Below the pieces are notes generated by a model. The model searched no databases. It was not told the origin of the DNA and saw nothing but the letters and a program-made list of their open reading frames with translations. The translations under genes and the position numbers were made by a program. From the NCBI GenBank assembly GCA_965206595.1, contig OZ242214.1:4192001-4256000 (forward strand): 64,000 bases of DNA. The letters are read 5' to 3'. Within the stretch, counting starts at the first letter, position 1. Each line of letters starts with the position of its first letter. This document shows, piece by piece, positions 19,832 through 30,900 of the stretch. The stretch is from Candidatus Latescibacterota bacterium (GTDB lineage: Bacteria; Latescibacterota; UBA2968; UBA8231).

Positions 19832-22114
19832 GTGACCGAGACGAGACTTTGGCAGCGGACCCCGGCCCGCGAGTTCACCGCAGGACTGCCGATCGGTACC
19901 GGACGGCTCGCCGCCATGGTCCTGGGAGACCCGGTTACCGAACGCTTGGCCCTGAACCACGAGTGGCTGTGGCGAGGTCGGAACCGGGGCCGCGATACCC
20001 GGCCTCGATCCCACCTGCTTGCTGAGGTCCGACAGCTGTTGCTGGAGGGTCGCTGGGAAGAGGGAACGGTTCGCGCCAACCAGGCCTTCGGGAACGTCAG
20101 CGGCGATCGCGACGAGCCGATCCATATCGATCCGTATCAACCCGCGGGCGATCTGTTTTTTCGCCTCGACCACGGAAGGGCCACCGGTTATCGGCGCGAG
20201 CTCGATCTGCAGACTGGAGTTGCAACCGTCGAGTACCAGGCGGACGGGGTGCGCTTCAGGAGGGAGTACCTCGCGCATTTACCCGGCGACCTGGTGCTGG
20301 TGCGCATGACGGCTGAGCGCCGATTCGGAGGGCGTGTCTGGCTCGACCGCCTTCCGGACGAGCACTGCGAGGTAGAGCGGACCCCGTTGATTCTCGACGG
20401 CTTCTTCCGCGGCGGAATCGATTTCCGCATACAGGTGCGGCCGCGGATGAGCGGCGGCTCCCGGCACTGGGAAGGCGACTTTCTGGTGTTCGCCGGGGCG
20501 GATGAGCTCCTGCTGGAAATCGACATCGCCACGTCGGCATGCGGGCGATCTCCCTGGCAGGAATGCGGCGAACGGTTCCTGAAGAGCGCTGACTGGGAGG
20601 AGCTGGTTGAATCCCACGAAGAGGTGTACCGAAGACTCTACGGCGACCTGCAGCTGGGGGTGGACCTGCCGGCATCGACCCTCCCGACCGACGAGCGGAT
20701 CGCCGCGGTGCGTCGCGGAGCCGAAGACCCTGGTCTTCCCCTCCTCTTTTTCAACTACGGTCGCTATCTGCACCTGGCCTGCACGGCGAACGCCGGTCTG
20801 CCCCCCAACCTTCAGGGCAAGTGGAACGAGGAGACCGATCCCAGCTTCCGTAGCGACTACCATCACAACGTCAATCTCGAGATGAACTACTGGCATGCCG
20901 AGGCAGGCCACCTGCAGTCTTCCGCGGAGTTGTTGTTCGCTCACGCCGAGCGTTTCCTCGAGCACGGAAGCAAGGCCGCCCGCGACCTGTACGACTGCGA
21001 GGGGGTGGTGATTCCGCTGCAAACCGATCCTTGGGGGCGCGCCACCCCGGCATGGTACGGCTGGGACGTCTGGGTCGGCGGGGCGGCCTGGCTGGCTCAG
21101 CATTTCTGGTGGCACTACGAGTTCGGTCTCGACGCCGATTTTCTGCGGCGGCGCGCCTATCCCTTTTTCAGGCAGGTGGCCGCCTTCTACGCATCCTACC
21201 TGGTCGAGGGCGAGGACGGCACCCTGCAGATCGTCCCGTCGCAATCTCCCGAAAACCGCTTTGTCGGCGGCGGCGACCTGCCGGTGACTCTCTGCGTTTC
21301 GGCGACCGCGGACGTTTTGCTCGCGCGGCAGGCCCTGGAGTACGCACGGCGCTCCGCGGAGTTGCTTGGTGTCGACGAAGCGGAGCGGCACTCCTGGGCG
21401 GCCATGGCGGCGCGCCTGCCGCCGCTCGGGATCGGGCGCTTCGGCCAGCTGATGGAGTGGAACGAGGATTTCGAGGAGTGCGAGCCGGGACACAGGCATT
21501 TCTCCCACCTGATCGGCATGTATCCCGGCGATCACCTCGATCCTGAAGAAACGCCCGAGCTGTGGCAGGCCGCCCTAGTCTCCCACGAGCGCCGGCTGAA
21601 GAACGGCGCCGGCCACACGCCCTGGAGCCGCGCCTGGGCAGCCTGCCTCTCGGCCCGGGCAGGAGACCGGGAGGGGGCCTGGGATCACCTGGTGCGGCAA
21701 ATCTCCGACTATTCCGGCGAAAGCCTGATGAGCCTGCACACCGGCCCCGAACCGCCGCGCCTGTTCCAGATCGACGGTAATCTCGGGGCGGTCGCCGCGG
21801 TCCTCGAAATGTTGCTGCAGAGCTACCGCGGGGAATTGCACTTCCTGCCTGCCCTCCCCGCCGCCTGGGGGCGGGGCCTAGTGAGGGGCCTGCGCGCCCG
21901 CGGCGGCTTCGAGGTCGACCTCTCCTGGGCGGACGGCGAGCTGACCCGCGCCGAGATCAGGGCGAGTGTCGCCGGCACCTGCACCTTGAAGCATGCCTGC
22001 GGCCGCTATCGAATTCATTCTGACCGCGGTGAACCGGTCGACGCCGAGGACAGAGGTCACCGCCTGATCTTCGAAACGGCAGCGGACAGGTGCTATGTCC
22101 TGAGCCCCCTGTAG
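19832..22114 (+). CDS. Glycoside hydrolase family 95 (alpha-L-fucosidase-like)
   Basis: [84 protein letters not shown]. Confidence 0.92.
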   Translation: MTETRLWQRTPAREFTAGLPIGTGRLAAMVLGDPVTERLALNHEWLWRGRNRGRDTRPRSHLLAEVRQLLLEGRWEEGTVRANQAFGNVSGDRDEPIHIDPYQPAGDLFFRLDHGRATGYRRELDLQTGVATVEYQADGVRFRREYLAHLPGDLVLVRMTAERRFGGRVWLDRLPDEHCEVERTPLILDGFFRGGIDFRIQVRPRMSGGSRHWEGDFLVFAGADELLLEIDIATSACGRSPWQECGERFLKSADWEELVESHEEVYRRLYGDLQLGVDLPASTLPTDERIAAVRRGAEDPGLPLLFFNYGRYLHLACTANAGLPPNLQGKWNEETDPSFRSDYHHNVNLEMNYWHAEAGHLQSSAELLFAHAERFLEHGSKAARDLYDCEGVVIPLQTDPWGRATPAWYGWDVWVGGAAWLAQHFWWHYEFGLDADFLRRRAYPFFRQVAAFYASYLVEGEDGTLQIVPSQSPENRFVGGGDLPVTLCVSATADVLLARQALEYARRSAELLGVDEAERHSWAAMAARLPPLGIGRFGQLMEWNEDFEECEPGHRHFSHLIGMYPGDHLDPEETPELWQAALVSHERRLKNGAGHTPWSRAWAACLSARAGDREGAWDHLVRQISDYSGESLMSLHTGPEPPRLFQIDGNLGAVAAVLEMLLQSYRGELHFLPALPAAWGRGLVRGLRARGGFEVDLSWADGELTRAEIRASVAGTCTLKHACGRYRIHSDRGEPVDAEDRGHRLIFETAADRCYVLSPL

Positions 22115-22244
22115 CCCCGGTCCGGGGAGGAGCCGTGCGCCTGCCGTCGCAAGCAAAGCAAGTGTCCGTCCGAAGGGTTTGGCGAGAGGAGGAAAACGCA
22201 GCTTCCGGGGTGCAGGGCAGGGGGCCGGATGGACTCTTACCGGG

Positions 22245-22955
22245 TCAGGTGGTGACGATCGCCTCGGCGAGCTGTTGCGGGCCGTAGACGCGGGCGTTCA
22301 GGACGATCCCGAAACGCGGCTCGCCGTCCGCCTCGACATGGGGACCGGCGTGCCAGCTGTGGGTGAACCGCAGGGCGCATTCGGTATCGACGCCGACGAG
22401 GCTCGCAGGCGGGGCCGCGTACGGCATGCCGTCCGGCCTGACCCGCGTCGAGGGACCGGTCTCCATTTTGAACAGGGCGACATACGGCCTGAGAAAGTGC
22501 GAGTGGCCGTCCTGGAAATTGGGCGGGGTCCCCGGAAGGGTGCGGAAGACGTACAGTTCGATGAAGTTGCAGGGGCAGCCCTCGCGCTCGAGCTCGTCCA
22601 GTCTGGCGGCGGTGTAGTCGACGAGGGGGCGCCCGAGCTTGTCGCCGAAAAAGCGGGTGACCTGCTCGAAGCCGTCGCCGACCCCTTCCCAGCGCGATCC
22701 CCGGGGGCGCCTGCGGCCGCTTGCGGCAGGCAATGGATCCTTCCAGGCGAAACGCTTTCCGAAGTAACCCGCCTCGGGGTTCTCTCTCATGTAGCGGTCG
22801 ATGATTTCGTACACCCGGCACTGGTGCCCGGGATTCCAGATCGGTCCGGTGCGGATGAGGCGCATCCGCCGCCAGGGCTGAACGAGGCCGAGGATCGCCG
22901 CGCCGGCGAACAACCGCCAGGCGCGCGGGGAACTGAGACCGGTGAAGTATCGCAT
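22245..22955 (-). CDS. Hypothetical protein, possible DSBH/Fe(II) dioxygenase-like
   Basis: 236-aa ORF filling the gap; GHSH...GPST...WHAGP...PRFGIVLN pattern. Confidence 0.55.
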   Translation of the reverse strand: MRYFTGLSSPRAWRLFAGAAILGLVQPWRRMRLIRTGPIWNPGHQCRVYEIIDRYMRENPEAGYFGKRFAWKDPLPAASGRRRPRGSRWEGVGDGFEQVTRFFGDKLGRPLVDYTAARLDELEREGCPCNFIELYVFRTLPGTPPNFQDGHSHFLRPYVALFKMETGPSTRVRPDGMPYAAPPASLVGVDTECALRFTHSWHAGPHVEADGEPRFGIVLNARVYGPQQLAEAIVTT

Positions 22956-23016
22956 GAGCGGCTCTTAATTTGTAGAATCAGACCGTCCTGTCACACCCTC
23001 TCGACGGAACTTCCCG

Positions 23017-23913
23017 ATGCTGGTCGATGCCCATTCCCATTTCCTGCAGGACTACACTCCATGCGCGCGGCTGCCGCGGACCGCGGCCGACCTCGATGGC
23101 GTCGACATGGAGGAGGTGTTGCGGATCATGGACGAGTGCGGCGTCGAGGTCGCCGTCACCCTCTCCCAGGAGATGACCCGCGTCCGCGGCGACTGGCTCG
23201 GGTCGAACGAGCTGGCCGCGGACCTGCAGCGGAACTACCGCGGCCGCTTCGTCGGTATCGCCAGCTTCGAGCCCCTGACCCCGGACGGGCGCTTCAACGG
23301 CGAGCGCTTCGAGCAGGTGCGGGCCCTGCTGCGGGCCGGCGATGTGCGCGGCGTACTGATCACTCCTCCGTACGGGCGCTTTCAGCTCAACGACCGCCGG
23401 GCTTATCCCTTCTACCAGGCCGCGGCCCAAGCGGACGCCCCGGTATATATCCATCTCGTGCAGCCTTCCGGGGAATGGGGCGAGGATTTCAACCCCCCCG
23501 ACAAGGTCGAGGACTTTCCCACCCGCCTAGGCACCCTCGAGCAGGTGATCTCCGATTTTCCGGGACTCCGTTTCAACGTCGAGCACATGGCCCGCCCCAG
23601 GATCGACGACCTGCTGGCGATCATGGCGAAATGTCCGCAAGTCTGGACCGACGTCACCAAGCTGCTCGACGATCCGCAGCTGCCCCGCTACATCCATACT
23701 GCCGCTGAAGGGGGCTTCCTCGAACGCGTCTTCTGGGGAACCGACTACGTCGGACTGGATGCGGAGGAGTGGGCGGAGTGGGTTCGTGAGGGGGTGGACT
23801 TCGTGCGCGACGGCCTCAACCGGGGCCTGAGCCGGGCAGGCTTCAGGCAGCTGTCCGTATCCCGGATCGACGGCTTGCTGGCCGGCAACATCCGAAGCTT
23901 CCTCGGGCTGTGA
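23017..23913 (+). CDS. Amidohydrolase family protein (Amidohydro_2)
   Basis: VDAHSH, PVYIH, EHM, FWGTDY metal-binding motifs. Confidence 0.88.
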   Translation: MLVDAHSHFLQDYTPCARLPRTAADLDGVDMEEVLRIMDECGVEVAVTLSQEMTRVRGDWLGSNELAADLQRNYRGRFVGIASFEPLTPDGRFNGERFEQVRALLRAGDVRGVLITPPYGRFQLNDRRAYPFYQAAAQADAPVYIHLVQPSGEWGEDFNPPDKVEDFPTRLGTLEQVISDFPGLRFNVEHMARPRIDDLLAIMAKCPQVWTDVTKLLDDPQLPRYIHTAAEGGFLERVFWGTDYVGLDAEEWAEWVREGVDFVRDGLNRGLSRAGFRQLSVSRIDGLLAGNIRSFLGL

Positions 23914-25814
23914 GCCGGATACAGGGCGCCGGCACCTTCCTGCTGGCGATGGCGCTGTGCGCCTTCCTCAACTTCGTCAGCGTCCGCAGCTACCTGCTCC
24001 TGAGCCGCTACACCGGTTTCGCCGACCACTTCAACACCGTCGGCGTCATCTTCGTGCTCTTTTTTCTGCTCGTAATCGGGCTCCTGCTGCGCGCCCTCCA
24101 CCCGATTTTCGGCCTGAGCCCGGCCTCGTTCGCTCTCGTCTACGCCTCCCTCATGGTCGCCACCGTCATCCCGACGATGGGGTTCGGCGGCTACTTCCTG
24201 CCCTTCATCGCGGGACTGATCTACTACGCGACCCCGGAGAACAACTGGGAGGAGGTGCTGTGGCCGCACGTGCCGGAGTGGGTGGTTCCGCGCGATCCGG
24301 AGCTGATTCGCCGGCTGTTCGAGGGCCTCTCCGCGGGGGAGTCGATTCCCTGGGAGCCCTGGGTCGTTCCCGTTCTCGTCTGGTCCTCCTTCTTCGTCGC
24401 CTTCTCCTGCGTCAGCCTGTCGTTCGTCAGCCTCGTGCACCATCAGTGGTCGCGGGAGGAGCGCCTCGTCTACCCCCTGGCGGCGACCCCCATCCTGATG
24501 GTGGACAGCCTGCGCGAGCCGTCGCGGAGCTTCCTGCGCAGCAGGCTGCTCTGGGCAGGCTTTCTCCTCGCCTGGTCGTATCCGACGGTCAACCTCGTCG
24601 ACCAGCTCATCGACCTCTCCTGGATCGAGAACTTCGGCATCCCTTCCGCCCACATACGCTTCGAAGCCCTCGGCCTCGGCTACGCCCTCAACACCGACCT
24701 GCTCGTCGTCGGCCTGAGCTTCCTGATCAGTCTGCAGGTGCTTTTCAGCGTCTGGTTCTGCCACCTCCTGCTCGCCCTGGAAAACAGCCTGCTTGGCTAT
24801 TTCGGGGTCTCCCTGTCCCTTGCGGCGCAGCCCCATTCCGCGGGCGGCGTTCTCATGGCCCACCAGCAGATCGGCTCCCTCGCCTTCCTGGTGATCTCTT
24901 CCCTGTGGCTGTCGCGGAACTTTCTCCGCAAGCAGTGGCGCATCATCGTCGGTCGCGAGCGGGAAACGGGAGACAACATCATTCACCCCCGGACGGCGGC
25001 GATCATGGGCTTGCTCGGGTTTGTCTACATGGCCGTCTTTCTCAACGCCACCGGACTGCCCCCGGGGTGGTCAATTCTCTTCCTGGTCGTCGCCCTGCTC
25101 GTCTTCTTCGGCACCACCCGCCTGCTCGCCCAGATCGGCTTCAGCCGTCTCCGCGCCGCCAATTCCATCCCGCCGCTGTTCACCAACTCGCTCGGCAGCG
25201 CCGCTTTCGGGGGCAGCGCCCTCAGCGCCATGGGCCTGAGCTTCATGTGGGCGGCCGACATCCAGCTGTTCCTGATGGGCACCCTGGCGCACGCGCTCAA
25301 GGTCTGCGAGGACGCCCGCCTGCGGATCAGCGGCCGCCGGCTCCTGTTCTACTTCGCCGCGGCGCTCTTCGTCAGCCTGGCCTCGATGATCGCCGTCTAC
25401 CTCGACATGGGCTACCGCAACGGGCTGATCCACGGGATGAGCTGGTATTACGTCGCCTCGCCGCAGCTCTGCTGGGGATGGGTCGTCAACAGCATCAACA
25501 CCCCGAACGCGGGGGAGCCGCTGGCCGCGGTTTTCCTGGCGGTCGGCGCCGGCCTGGCCGGGATTCTGTCCTTCGCCACCCACCGTCTGCCGGGGTGGCC
25601 CCTGCATCCGGCCGGACTGGCGATCGCCCTCACCAACACCGTCAGCATCGACTGGTTCAGCGTCTTCCTGGCCTGGCTGATAAAGGCGGTGGTGCTGCGC
25701 TACGGCGGCGTCGCCCTGTTCACCTCCATCCGGCCGTTCTTCCTGGGGCTGATTCTCGGCAAGTGCGTCGGAGTGGGCGGGGCGTCGCTCGTCCACTCCT
25801 TCTACTTCGCATGA
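23910..25814 (+). CDS. Polytopic membrane protein, DUF6785/DUF6784 putative peptide-transporter family
   Basis: Many TM segments; ATPENNW, QWSREERLVYPL, WPLHPAG, WLIKAVVLRYGG..RPFFLGLILG motifs; GTGA coupling to the amidohydrolase. Confidence 0.8.
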   Translation: MSRIQGAGTFLLAMALCAFLNFVSVRSYLLLSRYTGFADHFNTVGVIFVLFFLLVIGLLLRALHPIFGLSPASFALVYASLMVATVIPTMGFGGYFLPFIAGLIYYATPENNWEEVLWPHVPEWVVPRDPELIRRLFEGLSAGESIPWEPWVVPVLVWSSFFVAFSCVSLSFVSLVHHQWSREERLVYPLAATPILMVDSLREPSRSFLRSRLLWAGFLLAWSYPTVNLVDQLIDLSWIENFGIPSAHIRFEALGLGYALNTDLLVVGLSFLISLQVLFSVWFCHLLLALENSLLGYFGVSLSLAAQPHSAGGVLMAHQQIGSLAFLVISSLWLSRNFLRKQWRIIVGRERETGDNIIHPRTAAIMGLLGFVYMAVFLNATGLPPGWSILFLVVALLVFFGTTRLLAQIGFSRLRAANSIPPLFTNSLGSAAFGGSALSAMGLSFMWAADIQLFLMGTLAHALKVCEDARLRISGRRLLFYFAAALFVSLASMIAVYLDMGYRNGLIHGMSWYYVASPQLCWGWVVNSINTPNAGEPLAAVFLAVGAGLAGILSFATHRLPGWPLHPAGLAIALTNTVSIDWFSVFLAWLIKAVVLRYGGVALFTSIRPFFLGLILGKCVGVGGASLVHSFYFA

Positions 25815-25833
25815 CCCCCGGCGGGCGGGCGCT

Positions 25834-27834
25834 TCAGTAGGCCAGTGAAACCAGCCGTTGGGCGCGTTCCTCGCCGTTGTCGGAAGTGACCGCGAGTTCG
25901 AGCAGGTACAGGCCCGGAGGCAGCAGGGTTCCCTGCCGGCTACGCCCGTCCCAGGAGGCCTGGTAGAGGCCGCTGGCTGCCCGGCCATCCACGACCTCGC
26001 CGACCAGGCGGCCCGAGAGATCGTACACGGCGATGCTCACCGGGACATCCCCGGCGAGGTTGACCAACTCGTACTCGATCTCCACTAGGTCGTTGGCGCC
26101 GTCGCCGTTGGGGGTGAGGACCGGCGGGGAAAGGCGCAGGGCGTGGATAGGCAGGCGCGGTATCCGGACCAGGGCGACCCGCAGGCGGTCGCTGTCGCTG
26201 AGCTCGTCGGCGTCCCCGGCGATCACCGGTTGAGGAACCTCGAACGGCTTCTCACTGCTGGTCAGCCCGATCCGGAAGGGGGTGTCGTACGCGAAGATCT
26301 CCGCCTCGAAGCCGACTTCGATCAGCTCTTCGGTGCCCTCGATGCCGACGCCCGGGAACTGCACGGCGAATCCCTCCTCGTCGAGACGGACGAGGTCGAG
26401 ATCGACCTCGTTTCCTCCGAGGCGGCCGATGGGATCGACCGCGGTGACGCGCGCCTCGGTAGAGACCAGGAGGCCGTCGAACCCGGGGTCGCCCGGCTCG
26501 AGCCTGGGCCTCAGCTTGAGTGTGAACCGGCTCACCTCTCCGGCCGTGACCGCGCCGGGAACGATCTCGCCCCGGGCCTCCGCGACAAGCAGCGGGGAAG
26601 CGGGGAACTGGAGGTAGTCGACCTTCCCGCCGGATTCCGGGGTCGCGGAGAAGGCGATGTCGAACTGCACGTATCGCCTCGGTCGGTCGGCGTTTGGCCG
26701 GCCGCGGCCGGCGGCGAAGTCGTAGGGGGCGTTCCAACCGTTCCAGTTCTCGAGGTCATGGGTGATGGAGCCGGCCTCGGCGGGTTCCAGGCGCTCGTAT
26801 TGCTGCCTGGTCAGGGGGCCGCCGTTCTCGGCGAACGGCACCTCCTCCTCCCCGCGGAAGGTTCTGCGCCGGTAAACGTGCGGCTGGTCGTCCTCTCCGG
26901 TGCGCATGCGCAACTGATTTCTCGCCGGCTCCTCGACGCGCCCGGCCCATGTCAGCTCCCCGATGCTGAGCGACTCTCCGAGGTCTATGACGTTGGAACG
27001 GTAGGTCGCGGCAGGCACGAATCCCTTGCCGAAGATCTCGAACTCCGCTACCTCCCAGGAAAGACGGTCCTTCGCGAACACCTGGAAAAGCAAGCGCCGG
27101 GTGGGAATGGAGGGAAACTCCAGGTCGACCACGTCCGCGCCCGGTCCCTGGTGGACGACGTCGAAATCGAAACGGTACTCATCCCGAGTTGTTGAGGTGT
27201 ATGGAGGATTGTAAGTCCGCCTCCCTTTTTTGGCCGGGTCGCCGTCGTTGGCGGCGAGGAGAAACCGGGGTACGGGATCGATGCCGCCGGAGCGGCATCC
27301 AGCGGTCTGGAACCTGCCGAAACCGCAGGTGATCAGAGTGCCGTCATCTTTGCGGGTAAAAAAGCGAACTCGCGTCAGGTGCACGGGGTGTCCGAGATCG
27401 AACAGGTAGTTCCAGCTGCGAGTGTCCGTGTAGTAAAAATCTTCGTCGCGATCGATCATACGGACCGAGAATCTGACATCCCTCGTCCTCGACACGCTCC
27501 CCCAAGGAACCCAACCCTGGCGTCCGCCTCCTGGGAAATTGTCCAGAATGGCGAAGCGGTCCCCTTCCGGAAGGGGCGCGAGGTTGGAATCGGGGTCGGT
27601 TCTCTCGGGCAGGATCGATTCCCGCCGCAGCTCGAGGCCGGCGGCCGCTCCGAAGCGCGCCTCGTCGACCTCGGTCCAGGGAAGCTGCACGAATTCGTAC
27701 TCCACCCCGAGATCGGGGGGCGGCTCCCCGGACCCGCCGAGGCGGAACAAGGTGAGGGCCGCGGCCGTGGTCGCCCGGAAGAAAAACAGGCAGCCGGGGA
27801 TCAGGTGGAGACGGCTTTGTCTGCTTGCGGTCAT
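25834..27834 (-). CDS. Secreted protein with C-terminal FlgD-Ig/CHU_C-like domain (family type A; close paralog of 17704..19683)
   Basis: LTLFRLGG start of mature chain; DDGTLITCGFGRFQ..GCRSG shared with the paralog; LTPNGDGAND...YDLSGRLV...VSLAY. Confidence 0.85.
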   Translation of the reverse strand: MTASRQSRLHLIPGCLFFFRATTAAALTLFRLGGSGEPPPDLGVEYEFVQLPWTEVDEARFGAAAGLELRRESILPERTDPDSNLAPLPEGDRFAILDNFPGGGRQGWVPWGSVSRTRDVRFSVRMIDRDEDFYYTDTRSWNYLFDLGHPVHLTRVRFFTRKDDGTLITCGFGRFQTAGCRSGGIDPVPRFLLAANDGDPAKKGRRTYNPPYTSTTRDEYRFDFDVVHQGPGADVVDLEFPSIPTRRLLFQVFAKDRLSWEVAEFEIFGKGFVPAATYRSNVIDLGESLSIGELTWAGRVEEPARNQLRMRTGEDDQPHVYRRRTFRGEEEVPFAENGGPLTRQQYERLEPAEAGSITHDLENWNGWNAPYDFAAGRGRPNADRPRRYVQFDIAFSATPESGGKVDYLQFPASPLLVAEARGEIVPGAVTAGEVSRFTLKLRPRLEPGDPGFDGLLVSTEARVTAVDPIGRLGGNEVDLDLVRLDEEGFAVQFPGVGIEGTEELIEVGFEAEIFAYDTPFRIGLTSSEKPFEVPQPVIAGDADELSDSDRLRVALVRIPRLPIHALRLSPPVLTPNGDGANDLVEIEYELVNLAGDVPVSIAVYDLSGRLVGEVVDGRAASGLYQASWDGRSRQGTLLPPGLYLLELAVTSDNGEERAQRLVSLAY

Positions 27835-27956
27835 ATCAGAGGTCGGCGTTGAACCCGGCGCGCGCATTGCGCTTGTTTGCGACGGAGGAACGAAGAAGGA
27901 ATATCGAACCGGACCGCTGGCCAAGCTGACTGCCCGAAAGGATCCTGAGACAGAAA

Positions 27957-28565
27957 ATGACCCGCTCTTTCTCCCGCGAGCAGGCGCTGGACCTGATGCA
28001 CGCCTACACCTCTTCCGAAGGACTGCGCCGCCATATGTACGCCGTCGAGATCGCCATGCGCGCGTGCGCCCGCAGATACGGCGCCGACGAGGAGGCCTGG
28101 GGCCTGGCAGGCCTCCTCCACGACTTCGACTACGAGCGCCATCCGAACGAGGAGCAGTCCGCTACAGAGGGGCACCCGGCCTACGGGGTCTCACTCCTTC
28201 GCGAGCGCGGCTTTCCCGAGGAGCTCTGCCGGGCCATCCTCGCGCACGCCTCCTACTCGGGAGTGCCCCGCGACACTCCGGTGGCCCGCGCCCTGTTCGC
28301 CGTGGACGAGCTCTGCGGCTTCCTCGTAGCCTGTGCCCTGGTGCGCCCTTCGCGAAGCCTGGGAGACCTCACGGTCAGGAGCGTCAGAAAAAAACTCAGG
28401 GACAAGGCCTTCGCCCGCGGCGTCGACCGCGGGGAGCTTGCTCAAGGTGCCGAAGAGCTCGGAGTCGCTCTCGAAGAGCACATCCTCTTCGCGATCGAGG
28501 CGCTGCGGCCGGAGGAAGAAAAACTCGGACTCGGCCCGTCCCGGGAATCTGCTCCCGGTCCTTGA
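27957..28565 (+). CDS. HD-domain (HDIG-type) metal-dependent phosphohydrolase
   Basis: LRRHMYAVE, GLLHDFDYE, AILAH, LFAVDELCG, KKLRDKAFARGV. Confidence 0.9.
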   Translation: MTRSFSREQALDLMHAYTSSEGLRRHMYAVEIAMRACARRYGADEEAWGLAGLLHDFDYERHPNEEQSATEGHPAYGVSLLRERGFPEELCRAILAHASYSGVPRDTPVARALFAVDELCGFLVACALVRPSRSLGDLTVRSVRKKLRDKAFARGVDRGELAQGAEELGVALEEHILFAIEALRPEEEKLGLGPSRESAPGP

Positions 28566-28641
28566 CGCCGCCTGTCGGTTGCGCTCTTTCCCAAGCTTCC
28601 GACTGCATCCACCTCCAACCCACAACCCTGGAAAATCGTTC

Positions 28642-29819
28642 ATGGCCAAGTACCGCACCGCCATCATCGCCTGCGGCGTCATCGGCCGCGTCCACACCCG
28701 CGGCTGGCTCGGAGTTCCCGGCCGGCCTGTCGAGATCGGCGCCCTCGCCGACACCAACCCCGACGCCCTGCGGGAATTCGGAGACTTCTTCGGCGTAGGC
28801 GAGGAACACCGCTACTCCGACTACCGCGAGATGCTCGACGAGGAGCGGCCCGACTTCGTCGATGTCTGCTCCTGGCACCAGCAGCACGCCGAAATGGTCA
28901 TCGCCGCGGCCGCGCGGCGTCCCAAGGCGATCCTCTGCCAGAAGCCGATGGCCGGCGACCTCGGTGCGGCCGACCGCATGCTGATGGCATGCAGGCGCAA
29001 CTTCGTCAAGCTCGTCATCGCCTTTCAGCGCCCCCACCACGCCGTCTGGCTCAAGGCTCGCGACCTTCTCGCAGAGGGGGTGATCGGAGAGATCAGGCGC
29101 ATCGAGCTCGAGTGCGGGGGCAACATCCTCAACACGAACTCCCACAACATCCGCCTCGGTCTGTTTCTCATGGGCGACCCGCAGGTCGAGTGGGTCGTCG
29201 GCACAACCGAGCGCACAGCCGACACCTACGAACGCGGGCTTCCCGCCGAGGATTCCACACTGGGCATCGCCGGTTGCAGCAAGGGGCGACGCTGCTCATC
29301 CAGGGCGGCGATATCGCCAGCGCCGGTCTCGGCCAGGGTTGCCGCGTGTTGGGCTCGGAAGGGATCATGGAGCTCTCCACCGGCCGCAGGCCGGACAGCG
29401 ACATCCCTGCCGACGAGGGGATGTACTCGCCGGAAGGCCCGTCGGCGCGCTACAACGCCGAGTTCGGTACCGCCCGCTACCTCAATGCCTCGACCTCCGG
29501 GTGGCAGGAGATCGAGGCGCCGTTTCACGACTCCTGGGCGCACCAGTGCCAAGAGGCGATCGACTGGGTCGAGGGCCGCATCGACAACCCGATCAGCCGC
29601 GGCGACCACGGCCGCGCCGTCCAGGAGGTGATGATGGCCCTGTTCGAATCGGCGCGGAAGCGGCAGCGCATCCGCATGCCGCTGCGGACCAAGCTCAACC
29701 CGCTGGCGCACATGATCGAAAACGGCGACCTCCCGGTCGAATGGCCTGGGTATTCCGAGGTGCGCTCCGGCATCGTGCGCGGGGAGGCGATGTCCTGGCA
29801 CGATTCGCAGGCGTCCTGA
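28642..29819 (+). CDS. Gfo/Idh/MocA-family oxidoreductase, frameshifted near 29283
   Basis: AIIACGVIG Rossmann start, ILCQKPMA; the C-terminal half (GATLLIQGG...ALFESARKRQRIRMPL) continues in another frame after the AAGGGG run. Confidence 0.8.
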
Positions 29820-29903
29820 AGATGGGCTGCCGGGTACCGGAGGAGGCCGGGTTGACCGCCGGAGGTCCAGAGGTCCCGTGAAGCTCCGGAGCCGGTGGAG
29901 CCC

Positions 29904-30800
29904 TCAGCCGCTGATGATCATGCCCTTGGAGTCGTGGCGCTGCTTCAGGTGCTTCGGGTCCTCGTCTCCCTTGCCGCTTTTGATCCGCTTCATGTAGCTG
30001 GCGTAGCGCCGGGGCATCTCCGATTTGCGCCAGCGCAGAAAGGCGCGTTCGTGGCGATCGCGATTGGCCGGGGAGGCCGCGGCAGGAACCTCGATGGTCC
30101 CGAAGGTCACAGCGGTTTCCCGGCGGGACAGGCTGACGATTTCCCCCTTGCTGACGATGAGGGTCACTCCGACGTTCGCCTCGACGATCGGCACGCCGTT
30201 CTCGCGGGCCCTCGCCAGCACCGCCTTGTCCTGTTCTTTCGAGCGCGAGCCGAAGGAGGGGATCAGCAGGTACTGCGCCCCGTCGAGGACGGGAATGCGG
30301 GCGATGTCGGAATTCCAGCGATCGTTGCAGATCAGGAACCCGCAGCGCCCGAAGGGGGTGTTGCAGGCGCGGCTCTTCTTCCCCAGCCGGTTGAACCACC
30401 AGGACCGGTGGGAGCCCTCGGCGAGTTGCATCTTGTGGTACTTGCCGCGGATGCGGCCGGTCTGATCGATGAAGAGGGCGCAGTTGAAAACATTCCTGCC
30501 GATGCGCTCGGCGAGCCCGAAGGCCAGGCAGATCTTCAGCTCCCGCGCCAGCTCGCGAAAACGGCCGATCACCAGGCTGCGCATGGTCAGCGCCACTTCC
30601 TTCATGCGCTCCGCCGGCTGTTCGCCGGAAATGATCGGGCTTACTACGTACCCCTCGAGAACTCCTTCCGGGGCTACGGCGAGCCGGGCGCCCCCGGCGG
30701 CGGCCTTGCGGAACATCTCCTCCAGTCGGTCGGCGTTCCCCTGCAGGCCGAACTTCTCGGGGACGAACGAAATGGCGGCCGCGGTCACTTCCTGAAACAT
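29904..30800 (-). CDS. Carbon-nitrogen hydrolase (nitrilase superfamily)
   Basis: Glu-Lys-Cys triad motifs APEG, YHKMQL, LICND. Confidence 0.9.
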   Translation of the reverse strand: MFQEVTAAAISFVPEKFGLQGNADRLEEMFRKAAAGGARLAVAPEGVLEGYVVSPIISGEQPAERMKEVALTMRSLVIGRFRELARELKICLAFGLAERIGRNVFNCALFIDQTGRIRGKYHKMQLAEGSHRSWWFNRLGKKSRACNTPFGRCGFLICNDRWNSDIARIPVLDGAQYLLIPSFGSRSKEQDKAVLARARENGVPIVEANVGVTLIVSKGEIVSLSRRETAVTFGTIEVPAAASPANRDRHERAFLRWRKSEMPRRYASYMKRIKSGKGDEDPKHLKQRHDSKGMIISG

Positions 30801-30900
30801 GAAACCCTCCTCTCAGGTTTGGCCGGCAGCAGGTAAATAGCCGTCTTGCAGGCCGGCACCGGGGAAAGATGGCATAACCGAACGCGATCCGGGCCGGCGG

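Noticed and set aside
29275-29290. Programmed frameshift in the Gfo/Idh/MocA gene (likewise at ~9883)
   Set aside because: Single-base loss in short G runs with no slippery heptamer; sequencing error or simple mutation is more parsimonious
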